Part shown: positions 13,940 to 26,599 of the stretch, in pieces
How positions within the stretch are numbered: the first letter of the stretch is position 1
Layout: every line of letters starts with the position of its first letter
NCBI GenBank assembly: GCA_028534125.1
Contig: CM052816.1
Coordinates: forward strand, 54,128,001-54,192,000
Direction of reading: 5' to 3'
Source: Lama glama
Taxonomy: Eukaryota
DNA: 64,000 bases
Made by a program: the position numbers and the translations under genes
Notes under the pieces: generated by a model
Told to the model about the DNA's origin: nothing
Database searches by the model: none
Seen by the model: only the letters and a program-made list of their open reading frames with translations

Positions 13940-14072
13940 CAATAATGATACAGCTAATTATGAAAAATATGAAAAGGGATATATAGGTATAACTGAACCA
14001 CTATGCTGTACACCAGAAACTAACACAACATTGTAATTTGACTCTACTTCAATAAAAAAATAAAAATTAAAA
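13940..14072 (+). mobile_element. Short L1 3' terminus
   Basis: tataactgaaccactatgctgtacaccagaaactaacacaacattgtaa...ttcaataaaaaaa, the reverse complement of the L1 ends at 9.7 kb and 27.9 kb. Confidence 0.8.
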
Positions 14073-14073
14073 A

Positions 14074-14205
14074 TGGAGGGGAGGGTGTAGCTCAGTGGCA
14101 GATCACATGCTTAGCATGCAGAAGGTCCTGGGTTCAATCCCAGTACTGCCATCAAATAAATAAACCTAATTAAACTCCCTAAAAACTTAAATTAAACTGA
14201 AAAAT
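14074..14205 (+). mobile_element. tRNA-derived SINE (Vic-1-like) next to the L1 tail
   Basis: ggggagggtgtagctcagtggcag...catgcttagcatgcagaaggtcctgggttcaatcccag plus A-rich tail; same family as 11906-12045. Confidence 0.85.
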
Positions 14206-14656
14206 AGTCTTTAATCTCTTTTGAACTGTCAATCCCTTATAAATTTTACAAATACCTCTTTCCTTAAGTTATAATTTTGAGATGATAGACATCACTATTC
14301 ATGTATTTTTGCTGCCCCTTCTTGCAAGAGAATTGCACATCACCAAGTTCCCTAAATGGTATGCAGATTGTGAGTACTGTGCTTAAGAACATGCACTACG
14401 TAGACCATGATGCCCTGGGTTCCGAGTCTTACTCTGTCATCTATGAGTTATATGAACTGGGACAACTGACTTAATCTGAGCTGTAATTTCTGCATATGTA
14501 GAAACAGGGCGATGTCACTACAGGCCTCAGACGATGATGAATAATGGCCCTTTGTACAGAGCTTTCCACACATTAAGTGCTTCTGTCAGTTGGGGGCCCC
14601 ATCAGGAAAACAGGAACTGGAAATTCAAAAGAGAAATTAATGCAGGAATGCATTAA

Positions 14657-14710
14657 ATGATGGAAGAAGTGAACATGATGGAAGAAGTGAACATGATGGA
14701 AGAGGTGAAC
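14657..14710 (+). repeat. 18-bp tandem repeat x3 (atgatggaagaagtgaac), in probable old LTR sequence
   Basis: Three copies, one mismatch in the third. Confidence 0.95.
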
Positions 14711-15847
14711 AGGAGATGGTGGAGCAACCAAAGATTAGCACCTGCAGGAAGCTGCTGCCACCCCAGGCTGGAGGGACAGAGGGCAGAGGAGGTGCTACTG
14801 GACTCCAGGGCCCACGGTTCACAGCAGAAGCTGGAACCATGGGGCATCTGCTTACAAGAACTACAGCCGGTCTCCTGCTCCGTGGGCCTGTTCTAGCTGT
14901 GCTGGGAAAAGAGATGGGGGTCTGTTGTGAAAGGAACAGGGCTGAGCTGGACACTTTGATGCTGCAGAAAACAGTTCTTACCACAAGCAAAAACATTTTT
15001 TCCTGTCTTTAACTTTATACCTATACGAGATGATGGATGTCTGCTGGATTTAGTGTGATGGTTATTTCGTGATGTATGTAAATCATATCATTCAAGTTAA
15101 TCAAACCTAAGGAGGGGGTTAATGGAACTTCTAATCTACAGCCAATCATTAGTAACCTGGGCTTGCAATTGATGTCTGAAGTATTGGGATGGGGGCAATC
15201 TACTAAGACTGAGCCTTAAACTTGTGGGATCTAATGCTATTTCCAGGAAAAGAGTATCAGAATTGAGTTGTTGGAGAATTTCTTGGGGATGGAGAGGAGG
15301 AAACCACACATAGAAAATGACATCAGAACAGGAGTCATGGATGGTTTTTTGGAGCCCAGAGGAAGGAACAAACAGAAACTTGCAGTTCAGATTTCATATA
15401 ATAAGCTACCCCTGTCCAAGTCACCTCAAGCAGGAGATACAATGAAAAAGCAGCAGAGTTTTCAGAAAAGCCCTGGATCACATTACTGTGTTCAGCTGCC
15501 AGTAAGAGAACACTTGACCAATACAGTTGGAAACAATAAAATAAAAACTTCAAGCATCCCACACCCTAGAAGTCCAGGGGTAGGAGATTTGAGCTCAGGA
15601 CAGCAGCTCAATGATGTGATTTAGGGTTCGGTCTGTCTTGGTCTTTTTGGCTTCATTATCAGCTAGTAGCTACTGTCTTCCCTCTGGTACCAGGATGGGT
15701 GCTGTAACCCCAGTAAGCAGGTTATTTAAATTTTCTGGGTCTCCATTTCTCCTCTGTAAAATAAGAGATGTGATTAGATGATGAGTAAAGGCCCTTTTAG
15801 ATCTAGCTTTCTACTATGCCAACTGCTGCCCTGGGATGAGAGTTTTA

Positions 15848-16125
15848 ACCCAATAGTTCTCAAACCTGAGTGCGCATCAGTCTTACCTGGAATTTTTTTC
15901 TTTTTTTTTTTCCCTGATGGAGGTACTGGGGATAGAACCCAGGACCTCATGCATGCTAAGCAAGCACTCTATCATTGAGCTATTACTCTCACCCCTGGAA
16001 CATTCATTAAGAGAATTTCTGATTCAAAAGGTCTGGAGTGGGGCCTGAGAATTCCCAAATTCTAGCAAGTCCCCAAATACTGCTGAAAGTGCTGGGCCAG
16101 GGACCACACTTTGAGAACCACTGGT
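15848..16125. mobile_element. MER5A-like hAT DNA transposon fossil, interrupted by a SINE
   Basis: Terminal motifs caatagttctcaaac and ggaccacactttgagaaccactgg. Confidence 0.75.
15893..15993 (-). mobile_element. tRNA-derived SINE (Vic-1-like)
   Basis: Poly-T then ggaggtactggggatagaacccaggacctcatgcatgctaagc...gagcta; TSD cctggaa at 15886-15892 and 15994-16000. Confidence 0.85.
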
Positions 16126-16779
16126 TTAAGCTACCAGTGTGTCAATTTCCCTGACCTGTAAAATTAAGGAGCGGCTATTCCGTGATCACATCACTGGCTA
16201 ATTGCCAAAATCCTTCGGCGAGCTTTTTTAAAATACAGACAGTTGGGCTTCACTCTTGGAGATTCTGATGCAATGGATTTGGGGCTTGGACCCAGAAAAA
16301 GGTTCTTTATTAGACAACTCCCCAGGTGATTATGAGATTGGAGAGTTAGATCATCTTTAAGATCCTCTTAGCTCCAAATTCTAAAAGCAAGATCGCCAAT
16401 TTCAGCAATTTGTGTAGTTGCAAAGGAAAAACAACTGCAAAGGATGCAGCATTTTTACCTTCTTTCCTTTCAAATTCATAGATATCTAGGAATTGATATA
16501 TTTTATGTATTTAAACACCTCCCCTAGCCCACTGCTGGGGATAAAAAGAAGAAGCTAGACATTATTCTTCTAGGCTCTCTAACAATCTTTCAAGGAGCAG
16601 TGAAAATCCCCCCCTCTAAGTAGCCTTCCCTACTCCCCTGCTCTGAAAGTACGTAATCTCTCCACTCTTAACTCTCTTAGCGTTTTTCCATATTAATATT
16701 GCTTATATATGTATTTGTAATCATTTATTTTTAATAATAAATGGGCAGAGTTTTCAAAATCAAATAATATAAAAGGTAG

Positions 16780-17055
16780 CCCCTAGCCACTTGTGGCTAT
16801 TAGGGCACTTAAAATGTCCAGATTGAAGTGTGCTGTAAGGTTTAGTATGAGAAAAAGATGATAAAGTATTTCATTAATAATTTTTATATTGATTACATGT
16901 GGAAAGGGTAGTATCTTCGGTTTATTGGGTTAAATAGAATACATTACTGAAATTAATTTTGTCTGTTGAGTCTTCATTTTTTAATGTGGCAAGTGGAAAA
17001 CTCAAAATTACAAATGTGGCTTGTAATACACTCCTATCGGCCAGCACTGTTCTAA
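16780..17055. mobile_element. MER33/MER3-like hAT DNA transposon fossil
   Basis: tagccacttgtggctatt...aatgtggcaagtggaaaactcaaaattacaaatgtggctt...cagcactgttcta. Confidence 0.65.
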
Positions 17056-17663
17056 TATGTATTATCTTCTCCATTCTACTTTCCATCTCTTCATTTGTTC
17101 TGTTTTCTGGAAAATTTCATCAATTCCGTCTTCCAATCTGTCTATGGAAGTTTTCATTTCAGCTGTCATCTTTTTAATTCCCAAGAGCATTTGTTGACCT
17201 TTTTTAGTCTCCCTTTTATCTAGCACGTTTCACTCACTTTATGAATGCAGTAGTTTCTCATCTCTCTGATTTTTGTCATTCTAGTTCTCTTGGCATTTGA
17301 TTCTATTTGTGCTGTTCCAGTTTGCTACCAGCGTCTTCATTCTCTGTTTGCTCTCCATCTTTCACCTTGGAGGCTTCCCTCAAGTGTCTTAATGCTTCTT
17401 GGCTATCCATTCATATTCAAGAGGCACCAGAAAGCTGGCTGGGAACAAATGGCTTGTTGGCTGTCAGTCTTGATTGTGGGTTGATGAGATGGAAAGCTGA
17501 ACTTTCTTTGAGAGATACCCATTAGTATTCTTGTGGAAGCTTTCTCTCCGGCATTGTTTCTCCAGAGAGGATTCCTCCAGATTCCTGTCTTGGTAGGTAG
17601 TTGGGGAAAGGGAGAGAGATGTTGGGAGCCCAGTGATCACTGTCCAGTTAATTCCATTATTTT

Positions 17664-18183
17664 TTTAACATTTTTTATTGATTTATAATCATTTTACAAT
17701 GTTGTGTCAAATTCCAGTGTTCAGCACAATTTTTCAGTCATTCATGGACATATACACACTCATTGTCACATTTTTTCTCTGTGATTTATCATAACATTTT
17801 GTGTATATTTCCCTGTGCTATACAGTGTAATCTTGTTTGTCTATTCTACAATTTTGAAATCCCATTCTATCCCTTCCCACCCTCTACCCCCCTGGTAACC
17901 ACAAGTCTGTATTCTCTGTCCATGAGTCATTAGATTCCACATATGAGCGATCTCATATGGTATTTTTCTTTCTCTTTCTGGCTTACTTCACTTAGAATGA
18001 CATTCTCTAGGAGCATCCATGTTGCTGCAAATGGCGTTATGTTGTCGGTTTTTATGGCTGAGTAGTATTCCATTGTATAAATATACCACCTCTTCTTTAT
18101 CCAGTCACCTGGATAAAGTGATGGACATTTAGGCTGTTTCCATGTTTTGGCTATTGTAAATAGTGCTGCTATGAACATTGGAG
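17664..18183 (-). mobile_element. Young-looking 5'-truncated L1
   Basis: ORF 17930-18178 ([19 protein letters not shown]...YIYTMEYYSAIK) is the L1 ORF2 C-terminal motif; perfect 14-bp TSD aattccattatttt at 17650-17663 and 18184-18197. Confidence 0.95.
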
Positions 18184-19239
18184 AATTCCATTATTTTCAG
18201 CACCTTTCTCAGCCTGAGGCTCTCTGACATGTTCCCAAATCCAGATTGTCTTAGGTTCAGTATCTCTAGAGAATAAACCTGTTTCTTGGGAAAGTAGAGG
18301 TAGTCATCGGACTGGGGGTTGGAGTGGGAAAGAGTATGTGATTCAGCCAACCGTGAGCTCCTCCATCACTTCTTTTTGGTGCCCTTGGTATGTCCTTAGG
18401 TTGTAATGTCCTCTGTTCTGCAAAGTCAGTTGCCACTGTTCTTTCTGCTTTCCATTTTTAGAAACTTTAAATCTTTCATCTACCATTATCTCCTGTCCTG
18501 TTCTTGTCCTTGTGGGTTAATTCTTTTTTAATTGTGTGGTATTTTCTTAGCAGGATTTTAATAAAGAGAGATCAACACACATAGTCAATTTCCTCATCTC
18601 TACCTGGAAGCCCTATTTCTACCCTGAGCTCTAGTTATTTACTGCCTTTTATTTTCTCCTTAAGAGAGGGCAGAATCAAAGTCTGCCTTATCTTTGAATC
18701 TAACCCCTCCACTCTCTTCCTGGCACCTGTGTCTGACTTCGTATGTACTAAATGATCAATAGAGAAGGAAGTCACTTGTGTAAATTATCTATACTTTTGA
18801 ATCTTACTGGCTCTCTGTGTGCCTAGAAATAATTCACTTTACCTCTCTGGGTCACAGACTTTAGACTCGAATGTGGTCTCTAGATGATTTCTAAAGTCCC
18901 CAATTAGCTTTGACATTCTAAGAATCTACCTGCCCAGTTTCTTTATCAGTTTTACCTGTTTGCTAATGTGCAGTTTATCATCAGTAGGCATCTATTGTTG
19001 TAGAGACCTGGAGAGACATTTTGCAAAGGAAAAAATTTAAATCCATCAAGGAAGAGAATAATTACTCCTATTTAAGGGACTTATAATTCATGATCAACAG
19101 TGGTGACCAAGCGTAGAGTTGAAGATTGAATAAAAATAGAAACAGTGCCTTCTTCCTGTCCCACCGGCGTGAGTCTTGGCATGTGGTGTGGGAGGATGGA
19201 GGAGGAAGGGAAGGGAAAGCTACTGGAAGTCGCTTTAAA

Positions 19240-19791
19240 ATCTACTTGGAATTTTGCTTTTTTTTCCGGTATGGTGAAGCCAACAGATCAAGAGACGATT
19301 ATCCCTGAAAAGAGAGTTTGTTACTAAGTGTTCCTGCCACAGCATGTGGGATCACATAGGGAAGCACCAGGGTCATCAGGAGGCAGGAGGAGGGACGGGT
19401 AAGTACAGGCAAAAGACTTAATTATGGTTGTTGCGGGAAGGAGTGAGTAAGGTGAGGTAAGCTGCTGAGCAGGCTCTGGATTGAATAGTTTGATAGTCTG
19501 AATAATTGATAGCAGTCTCTGGGCAATAGGGGTGGTCCCTAGTTGTCCAGTACCTGAACCTGGGGTGATTAGGGCAAAGTAATATTGCCTTCTGGGGTGT
19601 AAAAGCCAGAGATAGGAAGTAGTTCCTGGTTCTGGGTTGGTTAGCTGGCATTTGAAAGGTATGCTTCCCATTGAGTTGTTTGCTGTCTCTTAAGAATTGG
19701 CTAGACCCTAGGAGTGTCGGTCTCTCCCTAGTCAGTGAGGCCCCATAAGCCAGAGCGTTAAAAATACAGAAAATGAGAAAATAGAGTAATA
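19240..19791 (-). mobile_element. ERVL-class solo LTR (MER74/MER54-like)
   Basis: Minus strand begins tgtattactctattttctcattttctgtattttt...ggggcctcactgac...ctagccaattcttaagagacagcaaacaactc; family assignment from memory of the consensus. Confidence 0.6.
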
Positions 19792-22700
19792 CAGAAGTAG
19801 TCAAACAAAGGGTGAGCTAGAGAAGTAGAAAGTAATAAAGAAGCAGGCAATGAAGCAGGAGAGACATGGATCTTGGTAGGATCAAGTTAGTAGACCCGAG
19901 CCTCTAAAAACAAAAGTTAGAAACGCTCTGTGCTCTGGAAAACACTCATCGTAGAATCATCCTGGATGGACTGTAGGCAGAGGAGGTTGTATTAGTTGGA
20001 CGTAGCTTTCTCATGTAGCCAGGAGTCTGGTGGTACAGTGTAGGGTTGATGCAGCCACTTAAGGAAGCCACCAAGGGTCCGGGTTCCCTGTCACATCCGG
20101 TTCCACAGCCTTTACCTGTGGCTTTTGTTCACATAGTCACAAGATCTACCTGCCTGAGGCACTGAGTCCAAGTCCCAAGCAGGAAGAAAGAGAAGTTGAA
20201 ATGACAGAAGGAAAATTTCAGATGTAAGTTTCCTGCTTACATCTCATTGACCAGAACTGGGCCATATGGTTTACCCCAAGAAGCAAGAGTTTCTCAGAGA
20301 GGTCATTGTTCTCACATTTACATCACTGCCTCAAGAGAAATAGAGGTTTTACTGGTAAGGATGAATCCATATGTTAATGAATTCTACTGAGCAGTGTTCA
20401 CCACAAAGGGAAAAAGGAAACAGGAGCTTGTCTTCTTCAACTAAATGAGACAAACCAGATAAAGGATTTAGCACGATGACTAGCTTATGGTATGTGCTGC
20501 CAAAAAAAAAAAAAAAAAGCTTGCTGTTGCTGCTACTCCTACTAGTCATGTTGTTAATAGAACATAATACTTTAGTCTTGAATTTTCAGTCCCATTCATT
20601 CAATACATGTTTATTGCACTTCTCCAATGTTCAGTCTTTAGGAGCCAGGGGTCAAGAAAGGGAATAAAATTCGATTCCTGCCTTCCAGGAGCTTACCATC
20701 TGTGTAGTTAAATGCATTATGAATTGAATGGGATAAAAGCTTCAGCAGAGGCAGCCTTGCAAGTTAGTGGAAGAGGATGGAACTTGGGAGCACATGGGTT
20801 CATTTCACAGATGAGGAAAGCAGGAGCCCCCCAGAGACTGACGGGGCTGGCCTTAGACACCCAGCTCTCTGCTGAGAGAACTAGGCCTGGAGCTCAAGCC
20901 CCCTGACACCCAGCTGGTGCCCCTTCTATGACATTGCCCTGTTGGAAGTGATTTGGAAATGCAAAGCTGGATGAAGAGACCAGAATAATATGCCCTTTCC
21001 CTTTGGGGGCTGATGGGGAGGGCAGGCCATCTCACAGAAGCATAGCCCTTGGCCCAGGAGGAAACATGACCAGAAGAAAATTGACTGAACTCCCAGGATT
21101 GTGATGATGTGTGTGTGCTGGCATGAAAATGAGGGCCCCTCTCAGCGGCAGATCAGAGAATTCCTCTGGGTTCAAGACTTTTATTCACTCTGTGGTTTTT
21201 AATTAGCAATCCTGATTTTTCCAAGGATTGCATTAAATCAGCAAATGCTTCTTGCAGAACTCCCCAGTCACTGATCTACTATGCGACAGCCTGGGTCACT
21301 AAAATGTGAAAAAAGAAAGGAGATTTGGGATCCTGGTGCTTGAGACAAGATTAGATGAGGGAAAGTGCCCTGAAATGTCCTTCAGAAATATTTTAAAGAT
21401 GTTAAACGCACTCTGTTCGCCACAGTGAACACTATGTTTGTTTAATTAAACCATACTTTATTCTGCTTGGCGTAAAGTACAGCACTAGCTTTTGTAAGGG
21501 TTTTTGGTGGTGGTGGTTGTTTAAATGATGAAGTTAATGAAAATCACAGACTGGCTGGCAGAAACCAAATAAAGTCACGTCTAGAAATAGCTACATTAGC
21601 TATTAAATAGCATTTAATGTGACTAATATAGAAAGGGTGCGGTTTGCTCCTCGTAGCATCAGGGATGCAAAATTCAGGCTTCTGAGCTGCTGTTATAATA
21701 GTTTTGAGTCAGTAGGTGTTTAGAAGTCATTCTAATATCTACAAAGAAAAAACCCCGGTGAACCATAGAAGGAGATTTGAGTCAGGGGGAAAAAAAAAGG
21801 ACAAGAGCTGCACAGTTTGAGTTTTGAGAACTGGCATAAATTTTACCCTTTTTTTCCTAAGCATTTAGTGTTTCAGTTCAATGAAATAAAGGCCTCTTGT
21901 CCTCTTGTTCCCCATACCAATCAAGTGACCTCCTGCCTTGCTGTAATTAGTGGTAAACTTCAGTATGCAAGCTAAAAGACCACCTAATTAAAAAGTGTAA
22001 TTCATTTACATAGATCACGCAAAATGGCTAGATTAGATAGCTTATGGAGATAATGTAAAACTCTTTGAGCTGCTTTGACTGGCTTCTTTCCCTGCTGTTC
22101 CTCGGGTTCTGAGAATTTTCATGGGAATGAGTTTATCAAAGTGGGAAGGGCTTCGAGGTGGTGGTTTTAGCTAATCACTGCTAAACATTTAAAGCTTTGC
22201 AATTATTTTTTTATCAATTACCCAAGTATAAAACAACAAAAAAAATGGCCTTATCTTCCTGCTTGGTGCTGAGTGGCCTAATGTTATTAGTGAATATTTA
22301 TTAAGTGCCTGTTGAGTGCTAGATGCCACTCAAAACATACGGTTATTTTAGAGCTTGCTACGATTAGCAGTGACTCTTCTCTCTGGTCCAGACAGCACTT
22401 TTGATTCTTCGGATTCCAGTGAGATGGCTGCAGGACCCAAAAGAAAGATTCTGGCCAAAGTGTTCCTCTTTCCCTTTACTCAAAATTCACAATGACAAGC
22501 AATGTCCTCTATTACCTACACTTCAAGATACACAGTACTGGACTCCAGAGCTTGGCCAAGCCCCTGGGTGACAACCAGGCAGCTGTTCCAGTGGGGAGAT
22601 AGGAGAGTTCTGATTCCTTACCTTCCCTGGTCCAGAAGTTGTGGCCCTATGGTGACATCCAACTGTAAATTTTGTTCCCTTTACCTGAGTTACAAAGGGA

Positions 22701-23878
22701 TTTGTTGTTGTTCTCCCCAGTTTATGTATGGATGCGGTATATCAGAAAAGTAATCCAACACGGCATCTATACAAAGCAGCTGCAGCAAGGGATTCATTAA
22801 TACAGCCTGTCTTCGGGGAAGAAGCCCAGAGACCTTGCCAGCACCTTGCCAAAGAACAGTAGGTAAATCATTACCCTTTTTTAATTTCATCTGCTTCTCC
22901 TAAGAAGGAAAAATTGTCATGGCATCAGATGCTCTTGGGCTAACTCTGAGTGTTGTCCTGAGTGCATCTCATAACAAGAGCAAATGCCAGTTTCCTTCCC
23001 CATATATTTAACAGTATATACCATTGCGACATGAACTTTCTATAAGTCCTTAGTATCTGGGGGCTTTGAATTTTTTGACAAGGAATTCTCCTCTCTCCAT
23101 GAGAGAAACTGTTGAATTATTCATGTTGGAACCTCAATTCTACAGCTTGACTGCTATGTTGATTAAATGTGTAGTTCCTAAAATTTCACCTTTTTGTTCT
23201 GTGTAAACATAATCCAAGTTTTACTTCTCTTTCCATATGCCTCAGTTTTCTCATTACTGTTTCAGATGATTGTATCATAATTAAGCACCTCAAGATTTTG
23301 ATACAATCAGTTATAATAATAACAAATGTTACCTACAATAGAGGTTCTCAAACATGGCTGCATGTAAAAATTTTCTGGGAAGTTTGGGGGGAAAAATAAA
23401 TTCAGATGCTCAGGCTGCACCCCAGACCAATTAGATCAGAATCTCTGGGAGGAAGGACCCAGGTATCAGGACTATGTCTTGTGTGACAAGCAATAAAAGC
23501 TGCTTGTTATATGCCTCTGAGTTTTGAGGTGGTTTGTTATGAAGCAGTATTGTGATTGCAGCTCTCTGATACACCCACTCACTCACTCTTTTATTCTATA
23601 AATACTGATGGAGCACCTACTATGTCCCCAGGGGCTTCCTAGTACTGGGGACACAGTGGAAAACATGGCCAAGATCCTTGCCCTAGTGAAGTTTATGATC
23701 GTGTGATAAACCAAAAACAAATGACCACACACATAACTATGTAATATCATTTCAGGTATCAATTAGAGCTATGGAGACAAATAATTCCACAGCAATGTGA
23801 GATCAAGAAAAACAAAATGTGTCCATACCCCATATCTTACTCAAGATAAATTCCAAGTAGATTAAAGACTTCAATTTT

Positions 23879-23963
23879 TTTTTTAATAGAGGTACTGGGT
23901 ACTGAATCCAGGACCTCTTGTATGGTAAGCATGCACTCTACCAATAAGCTATACCCACCACCC
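23879..23963 (-). mobile_element. tRNA-derived SINE (Vic-1-like) inside an old L1
   Basis: gaggtactggg...ccaggacctc...aagcatgcactctacca..agctataccc; TSD aag(a/t)cttcaatttt at 23865-23878 and 23964-23977. Confidence 0.85.
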
Positions 23964-25419
23964 AAGTCTTCAATTTTAAAAATGAAGAACCTATGGGAGA
24001 CCCAGAAGCCATAGAAGAAAAGATTGATAAATCAGACTACATAATACTGTAATCAAAATCAAAAGACTAAGATCAAACTGAGAAAAATATATATAATTCA
24101 CATGTACAAAGGATTACTTTTCCTAAGGTATATAGATTTCAGAAAGTCAATAAGAATAAGATCCATGATAAAATAGAAAAATGAGTAGTTTACAGAAAAA
24201 GGAAATACTGGTGGTTCTTAAATATAAGAAAAAATGAACTATATGTAATAATAGGAATGTATACTACAATGACACTGAGATACTATTTTTCACGCATCTG
24301 ATTGGTAAAGATCCAGGAATTTGATGCTATGCTGGGTTGACCAGAGTGTGGGGAAATCAGCATTCTCATAGCTTGCTGGTAGCAGTGTAAACTGGCCCCA
24401 CTGCTCTGGGTGGCAGTTTGCTACAAACACTGTCCTAGTGCTTCCTTACATTTTTAGGAATTTATTCCACAGATACATGTGCACATGCATGAAATGATGT
24501 GGTGTCATTTTTAATGGCAAAAGATTGGAAACAACTGAAATGTTCATCAGTAAGGAGTGGGTTAAATTAATTATGACAGCCATGGCAAGAGCATACTATG
24601 TACCTGCAGAAAATAATGAGAAAACTTTTTCTTAGTATACATATATATCTTTTTTTAATTGAAGTATAGTCAGTTTATAATATTATGTCAATTTCTGGTG
24701 TACAGCATAATGCTTCAGTCATACATGAGTTTGCATATATTTGTCTTCATATTCTTTTTCACCATAAGTTACTGCAAGACATTGAATATAGTTCCCTGTG
24801 CTACACAGTATAAATTTATTTATCTATGTCATATATATTTATCCCTTCCCCCCCAGTAACCATAAGTTTGTTTTTTATGTCTGTGAGTCTATTTCTGTTT
24901 TGTAAATAAGTTCATTTGTCTTTTTTTTAGATTCCACATATAAGTGAGATCATATGGTGTTTTTCTTTCTCTTTCTGGGTTCACTTAGAGACATTATCCA
25001 GATCAATTTATGTTGCTGCAAATGACATTATTTTATTATTTTTATGGCTGAATAGTATTCCATTGTATAAATATACCACAACTTCTTTATCCAGTCATCT
25101 GTCAATGGACATTTAGGTTGTTTCCATGTCTTGACTGTTGTAAATATTGCTGCTATGAATACTGAGGTGCATGTATCTGTTTGAATTAGGGTTCCCTCTG
25201 GATATATGCCCAGGAGTGGAATTGCTGGATCATATGGTAAGTCTATTTTTAGTCTTTTGAGGAATCTCCACACTGTTTTCCATAATGGCTGCACCAAACT
25301 ACAGTCCTACCAGCAGTGTAGGAAGGTTGCCTTTTCTCCACAGCCTCTCCAACATTTACCATTTGTGGACTTTTGAATGATGGCCATTCTGACTGGTGTG
25401 AGGTGATACTTCATTGTAG

Positions 25420-25712
25420 GGTTGTTTTTTTTTTAAGATTTTATTAACTTTTTAATTTTTTTAAATGGAGGTACCGGGAGTTTTTTGTTTTTTTTTTTAC
25501 TGGCAATACTTTTACTGAAAATTTGGAGTTACACAAATAGTTCTTTAGAACATAAAACTAAATGGATTTATACATAACAATTACATTCAGCATTTAGAAG
25601 AGGCAGTACAAAAATGTGTTCTGCTTCTACATGGATATAAATTGCATATATCCGGGAGTTGAACCCAGGACCTTGTGCTTTCTAGGCAAGCGCTCTACCA
25701 CTGAGCTATACC
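25420..25712 (-). mobile_element. tRNA-derived SINE (Vic-1-like) split by a retrocopy
   Basis: T-rich tail plus ggaggtaccgggagtt // gaacccaggaccttgtgc...ctctaccactgagctatacc; TSD tcattgtag at 25411-25419 and 25713-25721. Confidence 0.85.
25483..25651 (-). pseudogene. Probable processed retrocopy of an mRNA 3' end (parent gene not identified)
   Basis: Poly-T 25481-25498; AGTAAA-type signal on the minus strand (tttact 25511-25516); UTR-like AT-rich body; TSD ccgggagtt at 25474-25482 and 25652-25660. Confidence 0.7.
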
Positions 25713-26599
25713 TCATTGTAGTTTTGATTTTCATTTCTCTGATAATTAGTGATACTGAGCATTTTTTCATGTACCTATTGACCATTTGTATGTCTTCATT
25801 GGAGAATTGGATTGAGTTGTTGTTGTTGTTGTTGTTGTTGTTAAGTTGTATGAGCTGTTTATATATTCTGGGAATTAAACCTTTGTCAATCGCATCATTT
25901 GCAAATATTTTCTCCCATTCTGTAGGTTGTTGTTTGTTTTGCTTATGGTTTCCTTTGCTGATATTTCATTGTTAGTGTAGAGAAATGCCACTGATTTCTG
26001 TATGTTAATCTTGTAGCCGCTACATTGCCAAATTCTTTTATCAGCTCTAGTGGTTTTTGTGTGGAGCCTTTAGGATTTTCTATGTATAGTATCATATCAT
26101 CTGCATATAATGACAATTCTACCTCTTCTTTTCCAATTTGGATCTCTTTTGAGAAAACTTCATATACTAATACGGAAAGATATATCTAAATTATGTTAAG
26201 TAAAAAAAATACAAGATGTGAAATAGTCTAAGTATGCTACCATTGGATAAAAAGTCATATAAAAAGATAAATATATGATAGATATATACATACATAGTAT
26301 GTGAGTGAAAAAAGTCTAAAATGAATATAGAGACATATAAATATTTGTTTGTATATCCTTAGACTATATTAGGGAGCATACACAAAAGACAGATAATTTT
26401 TGTTCCCTGTGGGAAGAAGAATTGGGAAGCTTTGTGACTCGAACAAAAGAGAGACTTTTCATTGTTTGCCTTTCTCTAAACTTAGAATTCTAAACCATAT
26501 ATTTATTTATCCTCAAAATTAAAATTTTAAAAATACCAACAGAGCAGTATAGATGTGCTTGTAATTAAAGACATTTAAAATTCAAAAGAAAATATAAGG

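Larger units (their letters stand above)
24628..26149 (-). mobile_element. 5'-truncated, internally deleted L1 hosting nested insertions
   Basis: ORF 25028-25297 ([32 protein letters not shown]...) is the L1 ORF2 C-terminus; TSD tgagaaaactt at 24617-24627 and 26150-26160. Confidence 0.92.

Noticed and set aside
14637..15012. ORFs with periodic peptides (MMEEVN x3, LPSCSL, FTSSIM)
   Set aside because: They are products of an 18-bp tandem triplication in probable old LTR sequence; no splice or homology support.
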